From Chloroflexota bacterium (GTDB lineage Bacteria > Chloroflexota > Limnocylindria > Limnocylindrales > CSP1-4): DNA of 64,000 nt. Below are positions 1 to 10,439 of the stretch, piece by piece. The first letter of the stretch is position 1. Each line of letters begins with the position of its first letter. The notes under the pieces are model-generated. The model saw only the letters and a program-made list of their open reading frames with translations. It made no database searches and had not been told where the DNA came from. Location of the stretch: assembly GCA_044506615.1 (NCBI GenBank), contig JBIQKJ010000001.1, positions 218,434 through 282,433 of the forward strand, given 5' to 3'. The position numbers and the translations under genes were made by a program.

Positions 1-440
1 AAGTAGCCGAGGAAGGCGAGGCTCACCGCGTCGGTCGGCGAGCCGTCGACCGAGTAGCCCGTCGAGCCGTCGCCGAGCGTTCGCTCGCGCACCCGAAGCG
101 GTCGCATGAGCGTCTTCTGGTGGCCGACCGCGCTCTGATTCGTGTCGGGCGCGACGACCACCGTGTCGCCGATGGGGTCGAGCGCCTGCTTGAGCGCGAG
201 CAGCCCACGCGACTCGACGCCGTCGTCGTTGGTGATCAGGATGCGCGGCCGGGACGTCCAGTCGTGGAGCGGGCGCGCCTTCGAGCGGAGGGCGCGGGGC
301 CCGCCGCGCAGCGCGCTCTTCGCGAGCGGCTCGCCGCGCTCGAGGTCGAGATCCCGCCGCTCGGTCCGCGCCCGCTCGCGGGTCATGTCCGGCCGTTCGA
401 GCGGCCGGTGTCGATCGCTGCCGCGTCCGTCGTCGGTCAT
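1..440 (-). CDS. surE: 5'/3'-nucleotidase SurE (runs off window edge)
   Basis: Manual translation gives RILITNDDG...VVAPDTNQSAVGH...DGSPTDAV. ATG at 440 overlaps the upstream stop (ATGA). Not in the ORF track. Confidence 0.9.
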   Translation of the reverse strand, partial: MTDDGRGSDRHRPLERPDMTRERARTERRDLDLERGEPLAKSALRGGPRALRSKARPLHDWTSRPRILITNDDGVESRGLLALKQALDPIGDTVVVAPDTNQSAVGHQKTLMRPLRVRERTLGDGSTGYSVDGSPTDAVSLAFLGY

Positions 441-1669
441 GAGGTGCTGCCGGCGCGGCGCTCGGCCTGGGTCGGGCCCGACGCCGGCTCCTCGATGTCG
501 TCGTCGATCGTCGGATCGGGCTCGCGCGGGACGCGGACCGGTCGCCCGGCACGCCGCTCGAGCCGGCGGGCCGCGCGGGAGGCGACGCTCCGCTCCGCGC
601 TCGACAGGTTGAGGAAGTGGAAGAAGAAGGCCTGGATCACGGCCGCGACGGGGATCCCGAAGATCGCGCCGGCGATGCCGGCCAGCTTCGACCCGATCAG
701 CACCGACCCGAGGACGACGATCGGATGGACGCCGACCGCGCCCTGCATGATCCGCGGCTGGAGCACGTTCATGACCACGAACCAGCCGATGCCGACGATC
801 GCGGCGGTCGGCAGCAGCGCACCCGGCTCGAACACGATCGCGACGACGATCGGCGGCGCCCACGAGACGAACGGCCCGAAGAACGGGATCGCCATCAGCA
901 CCCCGGCGGTCGTCGCCGACAGCGCCCCGAGCGGCAGCGAGAACAGCAGGTGCGGGGCGAGCGCCACGAGGAAGAACGTCACGCCCATCACCGCCTGCCC
1001 GCGCAGGAAGCCGCCGAACGAGCGCGACACCGACGTCTGGAGGAGGCGGGCCTCGTCGGAGTAGGCCGGCGGCACGAGCCGGAAGAGGAACGCGATGATG
1101 GCCTCGCGGTCGAGCACCATCCAGACCGAGAGGAAGAACGTGATGAGGAACGTGCCGATCACGCCGACGCTCGCCACGGCGAGCTGCTGGAGCGGCTGCA
1201 CGAGCGTGCCGGCGAACACGTTCAGGTTGGCGAGCACGAGGTTCGCCTGCTGCTCGAGGTCGATCTGTTCGAACCCGAGCGAGTCGAGCCACTCCTGGTA
1301 GGGCCGCACGAGGTCGGGGAGGTTCTGGCGGATCGTCGGGATCTGGGTGATGAAGTCGCCGATCGAGTTCGCCAGCGCAGCGGCGCCGGCCACGAGCAGC
1401 GCGAGCCCGACGATGACGACGACGGCATAGACGAGCATCGTGGCCGCCGCCTGTGGCAGGCCCGGGATCTGGGCGATCACCCAGCTCACGACCGGGCTGA
1501 TGATGAACGCGATCAGCCAGGCCAGGAAGAACGTCAGCAGCGTGTCGCCGAAGAACGAGATGACGTTCGCGAGCTGCGCCGCGATGACGAGCGCGAGCGC
1601 GATCGCGCCGAGGAGCAGGACCGTCCGCAGCAGGCGGCGGTCGCGTGGCTCGAGCTGGTCCTCAAACAT
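437..1669 (-). CDS. AI-2E family transporter
   Basis: Multi-TM protein with GFLRGQ, IPFFGP and 'NVLQPRIMQGAVGVHP' family motifs. Confidence 0.88.
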   Translation of the reverse strand: MFEDQLEPRDRRLLRTVLLLGAIALALVIAAQLANVISFFGDTLLTFFLAWLIAFIISPVVSWVIAQIPGLPQAAATMLVYAVVVIVGLALLVAGAAALANSIGDFITQIPTIRQNLPDLVRPYQEWLDSLGFEQIDLEQQANLVLANLNVFAGTLVQPLQQLAVASVGVIGTFLITFFLSVWMVLDREAIIAFLFRLVPPAYSDEARLLQTSVSRSFGGFLRGQAVMGVTFFLVALAPHLLFSLPLGALSATTAGVLMAIPFFGPFVSWAPPIVVAIVFEPGALLPTAAIVGIGWFVVMNVLQPRIMQGAVGVHPIVVLGSVLIGSKLAGIAGAIFGIPVAAVIQAFFFHFLNLSSAERSVASRAARRLERRAGRPVRVPREPDPTIDDDIEEPASGPTQAERRAGSTS

Positions 1670-1747
1670 GGCCGGCCTTCCAGGTCGCCCGATCCGCCGG
1701 TGTCACGGCCGGCGCGCGTCGGCCCATGGTAGCCGCGGCCCGCTCGG

Positions 1748-2767
1748 TCAGCGCAAGCCCATCCGCTCGCGGACCTCGGCCATCGTCGCCTCCGCGAGCG
1801 GGCGGACGCGCTCGGCGCCCGCGGCCAGCACCTCGTCGAGTTGTGCGGGGGCCGCCATGAGCTCCAGGTAGCGCTCGCGGGCCGGCGCGTAGTGGGCGAT
1901 GATCCGATCGGCCAGCAGCCGCTTCGTGTCGACGCACCCGGTCCGCGCGGTGCGCTCGCCGTCCCAGATCTCCTCGTAGTCCGGACCGAAGAAGCGATGG
2001 AGCTGGCACACGTTGCAGACCTCGGGCCGGCCCGGGTCCGTGCGCTTGATGCGCTGGGTGTCGGTGACCATCGACATGACCTGCCGGCGGATCTCGTCGG
2101 GAGACCCGAGGATCTCGATCGTGTTGCCGACCGACTTGCTCATCTTCCGCACGCCGTCGGTGCCGAGGACGACCGGCGCCTCGGTGAAGACCGCCTGCGG
2201 CTCGGGGAACGTGTCGCCGTAGCGGGCGTTGAAGGCGCGGACGATCTCGCGCGACAGCTCGAGGTGGGCGGCCTGGTCCTTGCCGACCGGGACCCGGGTC
2301 GCCTTGTACAGCACGATGTCGGCCGCCTGGAGGATCGGGTAGGTCAGGAGGCCGTGGTTGACGTCGTCGGGCTGGAGCTGCTTCTTCTCCTTGTAGGTCG
2401 GCGTCCGCTCGACCCAGCTCACCGGGGTGACCGTCGCCAGCAGCCAGGCGAGCTCGGTGTGCTCGGGGCGGTGGCTCTGGACGAACAGCGTGCACCGCTC
2501 GGGGTCGAGGCCCAGCGCCAGGAGGGCGGCCGCCATCTCCCGCACCCCGCGGCGCAGGGCGTTCGCGTCGTGCTGGCTCGTCAGCGCGTGGTAGTCGACG
2601 ATGCAGTAGATCGCCTCGTACTCCCACTGGAGCATCACGTAGTTCCGGATCGCCCCGAGATCGTTGCCGAGATGGACGATGCCGGAGGGCTGGATGCCCG
2701 AGAAGATCCGCGGGCGGGGCAGGGGAGGCGCGATCGGCGCGGGGGCCGGCGCCAGCTCAATCGTCAT
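1748..2767 (-). CDS. trpS: Tryptophanyl-tRNA synthetase
   Basis: FSGIQPSG, HLGN, YPILQAADI, VPVGKDQ and KMSKS motifs. Start moved to MTIELAP. Confidence 0.95.
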   Translation of the reverse strand: MTIELAPAPAPIAPPLPRPRIFSGIQPSGIVHLGNDLGAIRNYVMLQWEYEAIYCIVDYHALTSQHDANALRRGVREMAAALLALGLDPERCTLFVQSHRPEHTELAWLLATVTPVSWVERTPTYKEKKQLQPDDVNHGLLTYPILQAADIVLYKATRVPVGKDQAAHLELSREIVRAFNARYGDTFPEPQAVFTEAPVVLGTDGVRKMSKSVGNTIEILGSPDEIRRQVMSMVTDTQRIKRTDPGRPEVCNVCQLHRFFGPDYEEIWDGERTARTGCVDTKRLLADRIIAHYAPARERYLELMAAPAQLDEVLAAGAERVRPLAEATMAEVRERMGLR

Positions 2768-2814
2768 CGCCGCCGAGTGTAGCCGAGCGCCAACGGCCGT
2801 CGTTCGGTCCGTGA

Positions 2815-3720
2815 CTAGCGTCGCTGCCGAGTTCGTTCGGCAGGCCTCGCGACGAGAGGCACGCGCGGATCGGTCTCCATCTCGGCCCACGACTGAGCCA
2901 CCCAAGCCAACGCGGGATCGAACGAGCACGCCATGGTCCGGTGCTCGCCAGCAAGCGCGTTGAGGTAGTACGCGTCATCGCCGTGGGCCGCCACGAACGG
3001 GTGGTAGCCGTCCGGGACGATGACGACGTCGCCGTCCCGAACCTCGAAGGTCGCGTCGAGAGGCCCGTCCCGCGCGAACCGGGCGCCGCCCCGCCGGTAC
3101 ACCCGTTGCATTCCCCAGGCGTCCGGCCGCGCGAACCGGTAGTGGTAAACCTCCTCCAGGACGGCCTCCCCCGGCAGGTCGTCCACGTCGTGCTTGTGTG
3201 GCGGCCACGATGACCAGTTGCCCGACGGCGTCAACACCTCGACGGCGAGCAACCGAGCGGCCGGGAACGACGGCTCGATGATGTGGTTGATCTGCCGCGT
3301 CGCGTTGCCGGCCCCCCGTGTCTCGACGCGGACATCCTGCGGTGTGACGATCAGCGGGCGTCGCGCGACCGGCCTGCCTTCCACGGGAGGCGCCCACGCC
3401 ACCGCGACCTGGGTGGGACCCCGGGCCTCGAGCTCGACCCGCCAATCCGGCGGCACGTACATCGCCGAGGGGAGCCCGTCGAACGGAGTGGCGCGTCCCT
3501 GGAGCTCGCCGACCGACCGGACGGTGACGTCCGGGCCGGCGAGCAAAACCACGACGGCCTCCCGATCCCCGGAGTCGAGACGCGACGTCGGTGTGTCGAG
3601 CTGTCCGACCTCGAACGACAGAAAGCGCCACCCGGCGTCGGCCGGGGTGACGGCGACGCTTCCACGCGAAGCGCGCCGATGGAGCTGGACAGCGGGGACC
3701 GTTCGCGCCGGGCCGGTCAC
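2815..3720 (-). CDS. iolB: 5-deoxy-glucuronate isomerase (IolB family)
   Basis: TPSGNWSSWPPHKHD, LEEVYHY and GYHP motifs. GTG start overlaps the upstream stop. Confidence 0.88.
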   Translation of the reverse strand: MTGPARTVPAVQLHRRASRGSVAVTPADAGWRFLSFEVGQLDTPTSRLDSGDREAVVVLLAGPDVTVRSVGELQGRATPFDGLPSAMYVPPDWRVELEARGPTQVAVAWAPPVEGRPVARRPLIVTPQDVRVETRGAGNATRQINHIIEPSFPAARLLAVEVLTPSGNWSSWPPHKHDVDDLPGEAVLEEVYHYRFARPDAWGMQRVYRRGGARFARDGPLDATFEVRDGDVVIVPDGYHPFVAAHGDDAYYLNALAGEHRTMACSFDPALAWVAQSWAEMETDPRVPLVARPAERTRQRR

Positions 3721-4832
3721 GGGCGAATCGCCGGGTCGGGCAGCTGGGCATCGGTCACGGCGGTGAGCAGCTCGTGGTAGCTCGCGATGAACGCCCGAAG
3801 CGTTCGCACGACCGGCGGGTATCGATCGAACGCAGGTGACGCGAGCCCGTCCGGCTCGTACGCCCGGACGAAGTCCGGAAACGAGCGGCACAGCTCGTCC
3901 ACGATGTCCGGTTCGACGGGATCGTCGATCCGCGACTGAACCGCGATGGACGAGGCATTGAACCGTCGCTGCCAGAGCGCCGGCAGGGTGATCACGACAT
4001 CACCCCCGATCAGCGCCGACCAGTGCAGGTGATGGCGGATCGCAGCGCCCAGCAGCCGCGCCCGATACCGCCGCTCCCGGAAGACCCGGTAGGCTCGTTT
4101 GAAGACCGCCACGCCGGACCAGGCCAGCGCCGCCGGATCGACGACGACGTCGTCCCGGTCGGCGACGAGGCGCAGCCAGTCCTCGAGGCGCCCCATCATC
4201 AACGTGATCACGGGGGCCATGTGCGATACCGGGCGCCCCTCGCTCTCGCGCCGGGCCAGCCCACGCTCGACCGCCTCCGCTGCCGCTACGGCCTGCCCGA
4301 CGGAGAAGCTCACTGTGGCGTTGATGACCACGCCCCGGTAGGTCGCCTCCTCGATCGCCACAAGCCCGGCGGTCGTTGTCGGGATCTTCACCATGACGTT
4401 CTGCGCGAGGGCGTCGAACGCTGCTGCCTGCGCAAGGATTCGGTCCGGCGATCGCCACAGGGTCGGGTCGGTCTGGATCGAGAGGCGCCCATGCCGGCCG
4501 CCGGAGGCGTGGAAGGCGGGCTCGAGCAGGCGGGCCGCTCGGACTGACATCTCCTCGACGATGCGCCAGGCGAGATCCGCCTCAGTCGCGGTGGGCCAGT
4601 CGCTCGCCAGCTCGACCGCCCGCCGCTGCCAGTCCGCGCTGTGCCGGTTCCACACGTCGATCACGATCGTCGGGTTGGCGGTCGCTCCGGTCGCCCCATG
4701 GGCCACTGCGTAGCGGAGCTCGTCCGCGTCGCAGGAGTCGTTCCAGATCTCGGTCGCGGTCTCGGCAACGGTGCGGGCGAGGGGCGAGTCCCGGGACGCC
4801 GCAGGCGCTCCGCGTTCCGAGGCGACGTTCAT
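3717..4832 (-). CDS. Transaldolase-family protein
   Basis: WNDS, GATANPT, Schiff-base VKIP and INATVSFS motifs. Start at MNVASE. Confidence 0.8.
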   Translation of the reverse strand: MNVASERGAPAASRDSPLARTVAETATEIWNDSCDADELRYAVAHGATGATANPTIVIDVWNRHSADWQRRAVELASDWPTATEADLAWRIVEEMSVRAARLLEPAFHASGGRHGRLSIQTDPTLWRSPDRILAQAAAFDALAQNVMVKIPTTTAGLVAIEEATYRGVVINATVSFSVGQAVAAAEAVERGLARRESEGRPVSHMAPVITLMMGRLEDWLRLVADRDDVVVDPAALAWSGVAVFKRAYRVFRERRYRARLLGAAIRHHLHWSALIGGDVVITLPALWQRRFNASSIAVQSRIDDPVEPDIVDELCRSFPDFVRAYEPDGLASPAFDRYPPVVRTLRAFIASYHELLTAVTDAQLPDPAIRP

Positions 4833-6634
4833 CGCTGCTGCTCGGCGCGGCCGGCGAGCTGCTCCGCATGTCCGACCGCGTGGTACTCGGGCACGGGCAT
4901 GTCCCACCACCCGGTCTTCTCGGCCCCGGCGGTGAGGTGGCGATCGACGTGGACGTGCACGAGTGAGGGTCGGCCAGACGCGAGCGCTCGTCGGATGGCC
5001 GGCGCGAGGGCCCCCGGTTCGCGGACCTCCTCGCTGTGGAGCCCGAACGCCCTTCCGACGGCCGCGAAGTCGGTGCCCGTGAGCTCGCCCTTCCGGGTGA
5101 CGAAGTCGGTCATCGCGGTGCGCCCGAAGAACGCTTGCTGCCCGCCCTTGATGCTCAGCCATCCCGCGTTGTCGAGGACGACGGTGCACACGGGCGTATC
5201 AGCGAGCACGGCGGTCTGCAGCTCCTGCATCGACTGAAGGAAGTCACCGTCGCCGCACACCGCGACAACCGGGCAGTCGGGTCGCGCCAGCTTTACGCCG
5301 ATCGCCGCCGGGAGCGTGAAGCCCATGGTGGAGAATCCGCCGGAGGTGATGTGGCTGCGCGGTCGGCGGGTCACCCAGCGCTGCTTCACGACGCCCTGGG
5401 GCAGTCCGGCTCCGGTCACGACGATCGCGTCGTCCCCGGCGCCGCGCTGGATCTCGCGAACCGCCCGCGCCATCGTCATCGGCACCGCGTTGGAGCCCGA
5501 CAGGCGTTCGATTCGCGCGAACCAGGCGGCCCGTCGCCGATCGATTTCCTCGAAGTAGGCGGTGGTGCGGTAGGTGGCTGGGCCGCCGCCCGGGCCGATG
5601 GCGAGGAGGAGGTCCGCCAGGACGGCCCGGGCGTCGCCCAGGAGCGCGATGTCGACCGGGTAGTTCTTCCCGATCTCGCGCGGGTCGATGTCGATCTGGA
5701 TGAGCCGAGTCGGTGGGATCGCGAACGTGACTCCGCGCCGATACGAGGATGCGGACCAGTCGGTGAAGCGGTTGCCGACGGAGAGGAGCACGTCCGCGGA
5801 CGCCGCCAGCTGGTTCCCGCACGTCGATGCTGTGTCCCCCACCGTCAACGCCGCAAGGTCGTGCGTCTCGTCGATCGCCCCCTTGCCGTTCCACGTGGTC
5901 ACGACCGGCGCTCCCAGCCGCTCCGCCAGCGCCCGCACCTCGTCCCAGGCTTCGGCCAGGATCGCCCCTCCTCCGGCGACGACCACGGGGCGCTGTGCCG
6001 ATCGCAGCATCGCCGCAGCTCGCTCCACGTCGTCGGCGGCTGCCCGGACACGCGTCCGAGTCGTGCGCGCGGCCCCGTCCGGAAGCACGACCTCGGATGA
6101 CTCGGCCTGCACGTCCATGGGCACGTCGAGGAGCACCGGTCCGGGCCGACCCGTGGTCATCGCGTTCCAGGCGCGGTGGAGGACGAACGGCAGCTCGTCG
6201 ACGCGCGACGGCTGCCACCACTCCTTCACGACGGGCTCGAACATGCGCGGGTTGTCAGCGACGTGCCGCCGCTCGAGCTCCTGGAGGACGCCGCGACCCC
6301 GGAGGTAGGTGTGGACGGACCCGGTCATGAGCGCGACGGCCGTCGAGTCGACGTACGCGGTCGCCATGCCGACGACGGTGTTCGCCTGCCCGGGCCCGAT
6401 CGAGGTGAAGGCGAGCATCGGACGCCCCGTTGCGCGGAAGTGGCCGTCCGCCAGGTGCACCGCGGACTGCTCGTGCATGACCTGCACCGCCCGGATGTCG
6501 TCGGGCCGGTCGAGGAGGGCATCGACGAACGTCCAGCAGCCATGGCCCGGGATCCCCGCTACGAATGCGACCCCCTGGTCAACGAGGAAGTCGACGAGGA
6601 GTTGGGCCCCCGAACGACGGCGCGCCTCGGTCAC
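4829..6634 (-). CDS. ThDP-dependent enzyme, IolD-like acylhydrolase/acetolactate-synthase family
   Basis: GIPGHG, HEQ, TSIGPG, GRPGPV and the GDGD...DN ThDP motif. In the same operon as iolB. Confidence 0.8.
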   Translation of the reverse strand: MTEARRRSGAQLLVDFLVDQGVAFVAGIPGHGCWTFVDALLDRPDDIRAVQVMHEQSAVHLADGHFRATGRPMLAFTSIGPGQANTVVGMATAYVDSTAVALMTGSVHTYLRGRGVLQELERRHVADNPRMFEPVVKEWWQPSRVDELPFVLHRAWNAMTTGRPGPVLLDVPMDVQAESSEVVLPDGAARTTRTRVRAAADDVERAAAMLRSAQRPVVVAGGGAILAEAWDEVRALAERLGAPVVTTWNGKGAIDETHDLAALTVGDTASTCGNQLAASADVLLSVGNRFTDWSASSYRRGVTFAIPPTRLIQIDIDPREIGKNYPVDIALLGDARAVLADLLLAIGPGGGPATYRTTAYFEEIDRRRAAWFARIERLSGSNAVPMTMARAVREIQRGAGDDAIVVTGAGLPQGVVKQRWVTRRPRSHITSGGFSTMGFTLPAAIGVKLARPDCPVVAVCGDGDFLQSMQELQTAVLADTPVCTVVLDNAGWLSIKGGQQAFFGRTAMTDFVTRKGELTGTDFAAVGRAFGLHSEEVREPGALAPAIRRALASGRPSLVHVHVDRHLTAGAEKTGWWDMPVPEYHAVGHAEQLAGRAEQQR

Positions 6635-6638
6635 GCCG

Positions 6639-7397
6639 TCACCGTGCCATGGGGCCGGCGGCCGCTTCGGGCCCGCAGACGAACGGCTTCGCGGCGGGAG
6701 CCGGGAGGTCCGCTCGGCTGCGCTCGAGCCACGACTGGATGTCGCCGAAGTCCACCCAGGGGTGGAACGGCACCCCTCTCGATCTGCAGATGTCGGCCAG
6801 GACGCCCTTGGCAAAGACGGTGTCGGCGTAGGCGATCGCGTACTGGTCGCTGTAGCCGTCCCCGATGAAGACGACGTGGCGGCCGAGCCGCTGGTGGACG
6901 AGGACCCGGTCCCGCTTGCACGTCCCACACGTCGGGCAGCGGGGGTGCCCGTCCGGGAAGGTGATCTGGGGGCCGTCCTCGCCGAAATCGACGCTCGCGG
7001 TGAAGACCGGGAGGTCGCCCATCCCGGCGGCCGCGAGAGCGGGGCGGATGAAGAACCCCAGTCCGTCGCTCACGACCTCGATCGCCAGATCACGTCGCCG
7101 TACATAGCGGACGAACGTCTCGAAGGTCGGATCATGGCCGTGCTCTGGCGTCACGCGGCCGCTCGCAGCGGCACCGGCCGGGAGAAGCCTGGTTTCAGCC
7201 TCGAGCAGCGTGCGAGAGCCGATGTCTCCGCGGCGGTACCGCAGCTCCAGCTCAAGCCATGCCTCTTCCGAGGACGACTGCCGGACGAGCTCGTCGGTCA
7301 CGTCGATCGTCGCGATCGTGCCGTCGTAGTCGACGAGGATGGCGACCTCGACGGGGTGACCGCCCGGTTGTTCAACCGGCGAGGGGCGTGCTAGCAT
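6639..7397 (-). CDS. HAD-IB phosphatase, MtnX-like
   Basis: DYDGT, VVSDG, CGTCK, IGDGYSD and ADTVFAK motifs. Confidence 0.82.
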   Translation of the reverse strand: MLARPSPVEQPGGHPVEVAILVDYDGTIATIDVTDELVRQSSSEEAWLELELRYRRGDIGSRTLLEAETRLLPAGAAASGRVTPEHGHDPTFETFVRYVRRRDLAIEVVSDGLGFFIRPALAAAGMGDLPVFTASVDFGEDGPQITFPDGHPRCPTCGTCKRDRVLVHQRLGRHVVFIGDGYSDQYAIAYADTVFAKGVLADICRSRGVPFHPWVDFGDIQSWLERSRADLPAPAAKPFVCGPEAAAGPMAR

Positions 7398-7424
7398 CAA
7401 CCTCGTCCATCTGATATCTGCAAC

Positions 7425-7436
7425 CTGATATTTCAG
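7425..7436. promoter_or_regulatory. Candidate GntR operator CTGATATTTCAG
   Basis: One mismatch to the palindrome CTGATATATCAG, in a divergent intergenic region. Extra half-site at 7411-7420. Confidence 0.6.
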
Positions 7437-7495
7437 ACTGTACGGTGCAAAGCAGGCGCGTGTCAACGGTTCGCGCGGACAGGAAGGACCACCAG

Positions 7496-8320
7496 ATGCA
7501 GCCCGACCGAGCGGCGACACGCAATCCCTGGGTCCGACCGGATCGGCCCGTGCTCATCGCGCATCGCGGGCTCCGCGCGCGGGTTCCGGAGCACACGACA
7601 CCGTCCCTGGAGGCCGCAATCGCCGCAGGGGCCGAGATGATCGAGGTCGATGCGCGCTTCACGCGGGATCGCGTCCTCGTGCTGATGCACGACGCGACGG
7701 TCGATCGCACCACCAACGGAACCGGGCCGATCGCCGAGCTGACGTGGGACGAGGTGGCCCGGCTGGACGCAGGCGATCCGGCCGATGCGAGACTCGCCAA
7801 TCAACCCGTGCTCCGTGTCGCGGACGTCATGGACCTGGCGGCTGCCGCTGGCGTCGCACTGTGTCTCGAGGCCAAGGGAGAGACGCCCGAGGAGGCGGCC
7901 GACGTCGCCGTGGCGCTCGCCCGGCTCGTCGAGGACCGCGACGCGATCGATTGGGCGTTCGTCTCCTCGTTCGATCACGCGGCGCTCGCGCGTGCCCGCT
8001 CGATCGTGCCGGCGTTGCTCCTCGCCCCGGAGCGCATCCCCGAGAAGGGCGCGCAGCCACCCGGTCTCGCCGCCGAGCAGGCGCTCGGCCTCGGGGCCGC
8101 GGTGATCCAGCACCGCTGGGAGCTGATCGAGCCGGACGTCGTCGAGGCGGCCCACGAGGCGGGCGTCGGGATCTGGGCATGGAACACGAACGACGTCGCG
8201 AGCGTGGAGCACACGTTCGACCTCGGCGTCGACGGCATCGTCAGCGACGACGTGACCCTGCTCGTCGCCGCTCGCGATGCGCGGACCACACGGGACAGCC
8301 GCGAGGGACCGGCACGCTGA
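7496..8320 (+). CDS. Glycerophosphodiester phosphodiesterase
   Basis: IAHRG, PEHT, IEVD, HDATVDRTT, EAK and DGIVSD motifs. AGGAAGGA RBS. Confidence 0.88.
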   Translation: MQPDRAATRNPWVRPDRPVLIAHRGLRARVPEHTTPSLEAAIAAGAEMIEVDARFTRDRVLVLMHDATVDRTTNGTGPIAELTWDEVARLDAGDPADARLANQPVLRVADVMDLAAAAGVALCLEAKGETPEEAADVAVALARLVEDRDAIDWAFVSSFDHAALARARSIVPALLLAPERIPEKGAQPPGLAAEQALGLGAAVIQHRWELIEPDVVEAAHEAGVGIWAWNTNDVASVEHTFDLGVDGIVSDDVTLLVAARDARTTRDSREGPAR

Positions 8321-8342
8321 CCTCGGCTGTTTCGGTCGGCGC

Positions 8343-10439
8343 TCAGCGCCAGCTCGAGAGGTCCGCCCCCGCGGGGCCGGCATCGAGCACCACGAACCGC
8401 CCGCCCGCCGCCTCCGCCGCCCGAGCGACCTCCGCGTACGCGGATCGGTAGACCGACGCGGGGAGCGGCGCGCCGCTGCCGTCCACGGGCCGGCTCACCG
8501 TGATCCGCCGATCCGCCGCGAGCGCCAGCACATCGCCAAGGTCGAACTCCGACAGGATGTCGACCAGGTACGTGGTGATCGAGAGCGCTGTCGTCGGTGC
8601 GAGGACGAGCGATCCGAACGACAGCAGCACCCGGTCGAGCCACGCGGCCCTGATGGACGGCTCCAACGCGACGGCGAACGCGGCCCGCAGCGAGCTCAGG
8701 GTGCCAACGGCCACCACGCTGGGGGATCCCCCGTCGGCGGCCGCCGGATGAACGCGGCGGACGTAGGCCGTCGCCGCCAGAACGTCCGCTGCCTGCTGTC
8801 CGAGCAGGCTCCGGCCGAGCATGATGCAGTTGGTCGCCACCTCGAACTCGAGGTGCTCGTCGCGGGATGGGGTCACCTGTTCGAGGCCACCGTCGAGCGT
8901 CGCGAGCGTCACCGACGGCGGTGGGTTCGGTGCGGTCGCGCCCACGCCGCGCGGATCGAACAAGTAGACGGTCGAGCCCGTCGCCAGGAGTGCGTTCAGG
9001 ACGGCCCCGGACTCGGCCGTGTCCATCCCGCCGTCGGACAGCAGCACGACCGGTGCCCCGGGCCTGCCGGTTGGCTCGGCCCGAGCCAGGGGCAGGCTGA
9101 TTCCGCCGACGGGGAGGATGACGTGGTGCTCGACCGATGTCCCGCGGAGGAAGCCGGTCCCGAGAGGCGACCCGTCAACGACCACGGCCTCCTCGAGCCC
9201 CAGGACGCGGCGGAGCGGGTCGATCCTCGTTCCGCCCAGTTGAACGCGCCCCTGGCCGGCACCGAGGCGGTGGGCGGTGGTTCGCACGAGGTCGCGGACT
9301 GCCTGCGTGGTGCCGGCCTGCTCGGATCGGTCCAGGCACCGAAGCCGCTCGGTACCCTCCGGGTACAGGACCAGGTCGCCCTCGGGGACCGGATCTCCGG
9401 CGCCCGATCCGCCGAGCCAGCGCAGGAACCAGCCGTATGCCGCCTCCCGCATGAGACGGTCGTATCCATGGCCGGCATCGACCACGTGGAGCCGCAGCGC
9501 GGCCGGGGCATCCTCGTACAGCGGCTGAAGTCGGTCGACGACTTCCGCGGCCCCACGCGCCGGGAACTGCGGATCCCGCGATCCGTTGATGACGAGCAGC
9601 GGACGGGGCGAGATCAGTGCGCATGCCCCGGCCATCTCGGTGTTCGCCACGACCCCCGGGATCTGGTTGCAGAGATCCCCACGGCCGTTCCAATTCAGGC
9701 CTCGCATCACGCGGAGGAAGCGATCGTACGAGCTGACGAAACAGACCGGCACCACCGCACGGAAGCGCGAATCAACCGCAGCGGCGAACACCGTTGCGAG
9801 ACCGCCGCCCGACGCGCCCGTGATGCCGATCCGCGTTCCATCGATGTCCGGCCGGCTCACCAGGTAGTCCACGAGGCGGGTCAGCTCCCAGACGCGCAAC
9901 CCTGCCTGGGACAGGCCGAGTGGCAGAAGCTGCGGCACTCGGTGGAGCTCGAAGCCCGCATCCCGCTCACCCTGTCCGATGGGGTCCATCGCCAGGGCTG
10001 CGATACCGCGACGAGCCAGACCCGTACACACTGCCTGGACGTGCTCGGTCGTCTTCCCGTGTCTGATCCAGTGCCCGACCGCGACGACCACCGCCGGGAA
10101 CGGGCCGACGCCGTTGACCGGCAGATAGAGCAGCGACGGTGCCGAGACCCCTCGAAGCGGCTCGATGACCAGTCGCTCGATCCGACATCCATCACCGTCG
10201 ACCACGCCGGCCAGGCGGCCGCTGCCGCTGCCGCCGGCCGGGAGCCGGTCGAGGCCGAGTGACCGGACCAGCCGGGCCCTCGTGCGTTCCCGTGCCGCCG
10301 GCCACGTCCCCGGCTCGATCCCCTCCAGCGCCGCCGTCCCGACACGGACCGCTTCCTCACCAAGCCAGTCGAGGAGCGCGTCGCCCGACGGGCTCGCGAT
10401 CACTCGGGTTGGGTCCGGAACGCGACGGTCCGTGGTCAC
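8343..10439 (-). CDS. Two-domain alpha/beta hydrolase (acetylxylan esterase-like)
   Basis: DPIGQGER and the GASGGG nucleophile elbow. The second domain lacks the GxSxG motif. Start taken at GTG 10439. Confidence 0.7.
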   Translation of the reverse strand: MTTDRRVPDPTRVIASPSGDALLDWLGEEAVRVGTAALEGIEPGTWPAARERTRARLVRSLGLDRLPAGGSGSGRLAGVVDGDGCRIERLVIEPLRGVSAPSLLYLPVNGVGPFPAVVVAVGHWIRHGKTTEHVQAVCTGLARRGIAALAMDPIGQGERDAGFELHRVPQLLPLGLSQAGLRVWELTRLVDYLVSRPDIDGTRIGITGASGGGLATVFAAAVDSRFRAVVPVCFVSSYDRFLRVMRGLNWNGRGDLCNQIPGVVANTEMAGACALISPRPLLVINGSRDPQFPARGAAEVVDRLQPLYEDAPAALRLHVVDAGHGYDRLMREAAYGWFLRWLGGSGAGDPVPEGDLVLYPEGTERLRCLDRSEQAGTTQAVRDLVRTTAHRLGAGQGRVQLGGTRIDPLRRVLGLEEAVVVDGSPLGTGFLRGTSVEHHVILPVGGISLPLARAEPTGRPGAPVVLLSDGGMDTAESGAVLNALLATGSTVYLFDPRGVGATAPNPPPSVTLATLDGGLEQVTPSRDEHLEFEVATNCIMLGRSLLGQQAADVLAATAYVRRVHPAAADGGSPSVVAVGTLSSLRAAFAVALEPSIRAAWLDRVLLSFGSLVLAPTTALSITTYLVDILSEFDLGDVLALAADRRITVSRPVDGSGAPLPASVYRSAYAEVARAAEAAGGRFVVLDAGPAGADLSSWR

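Noticed and set aside
6639-7397. Methionine-salvage mtnX
   Set aside because: No other mtn genes are present; only the family-level call is supported.
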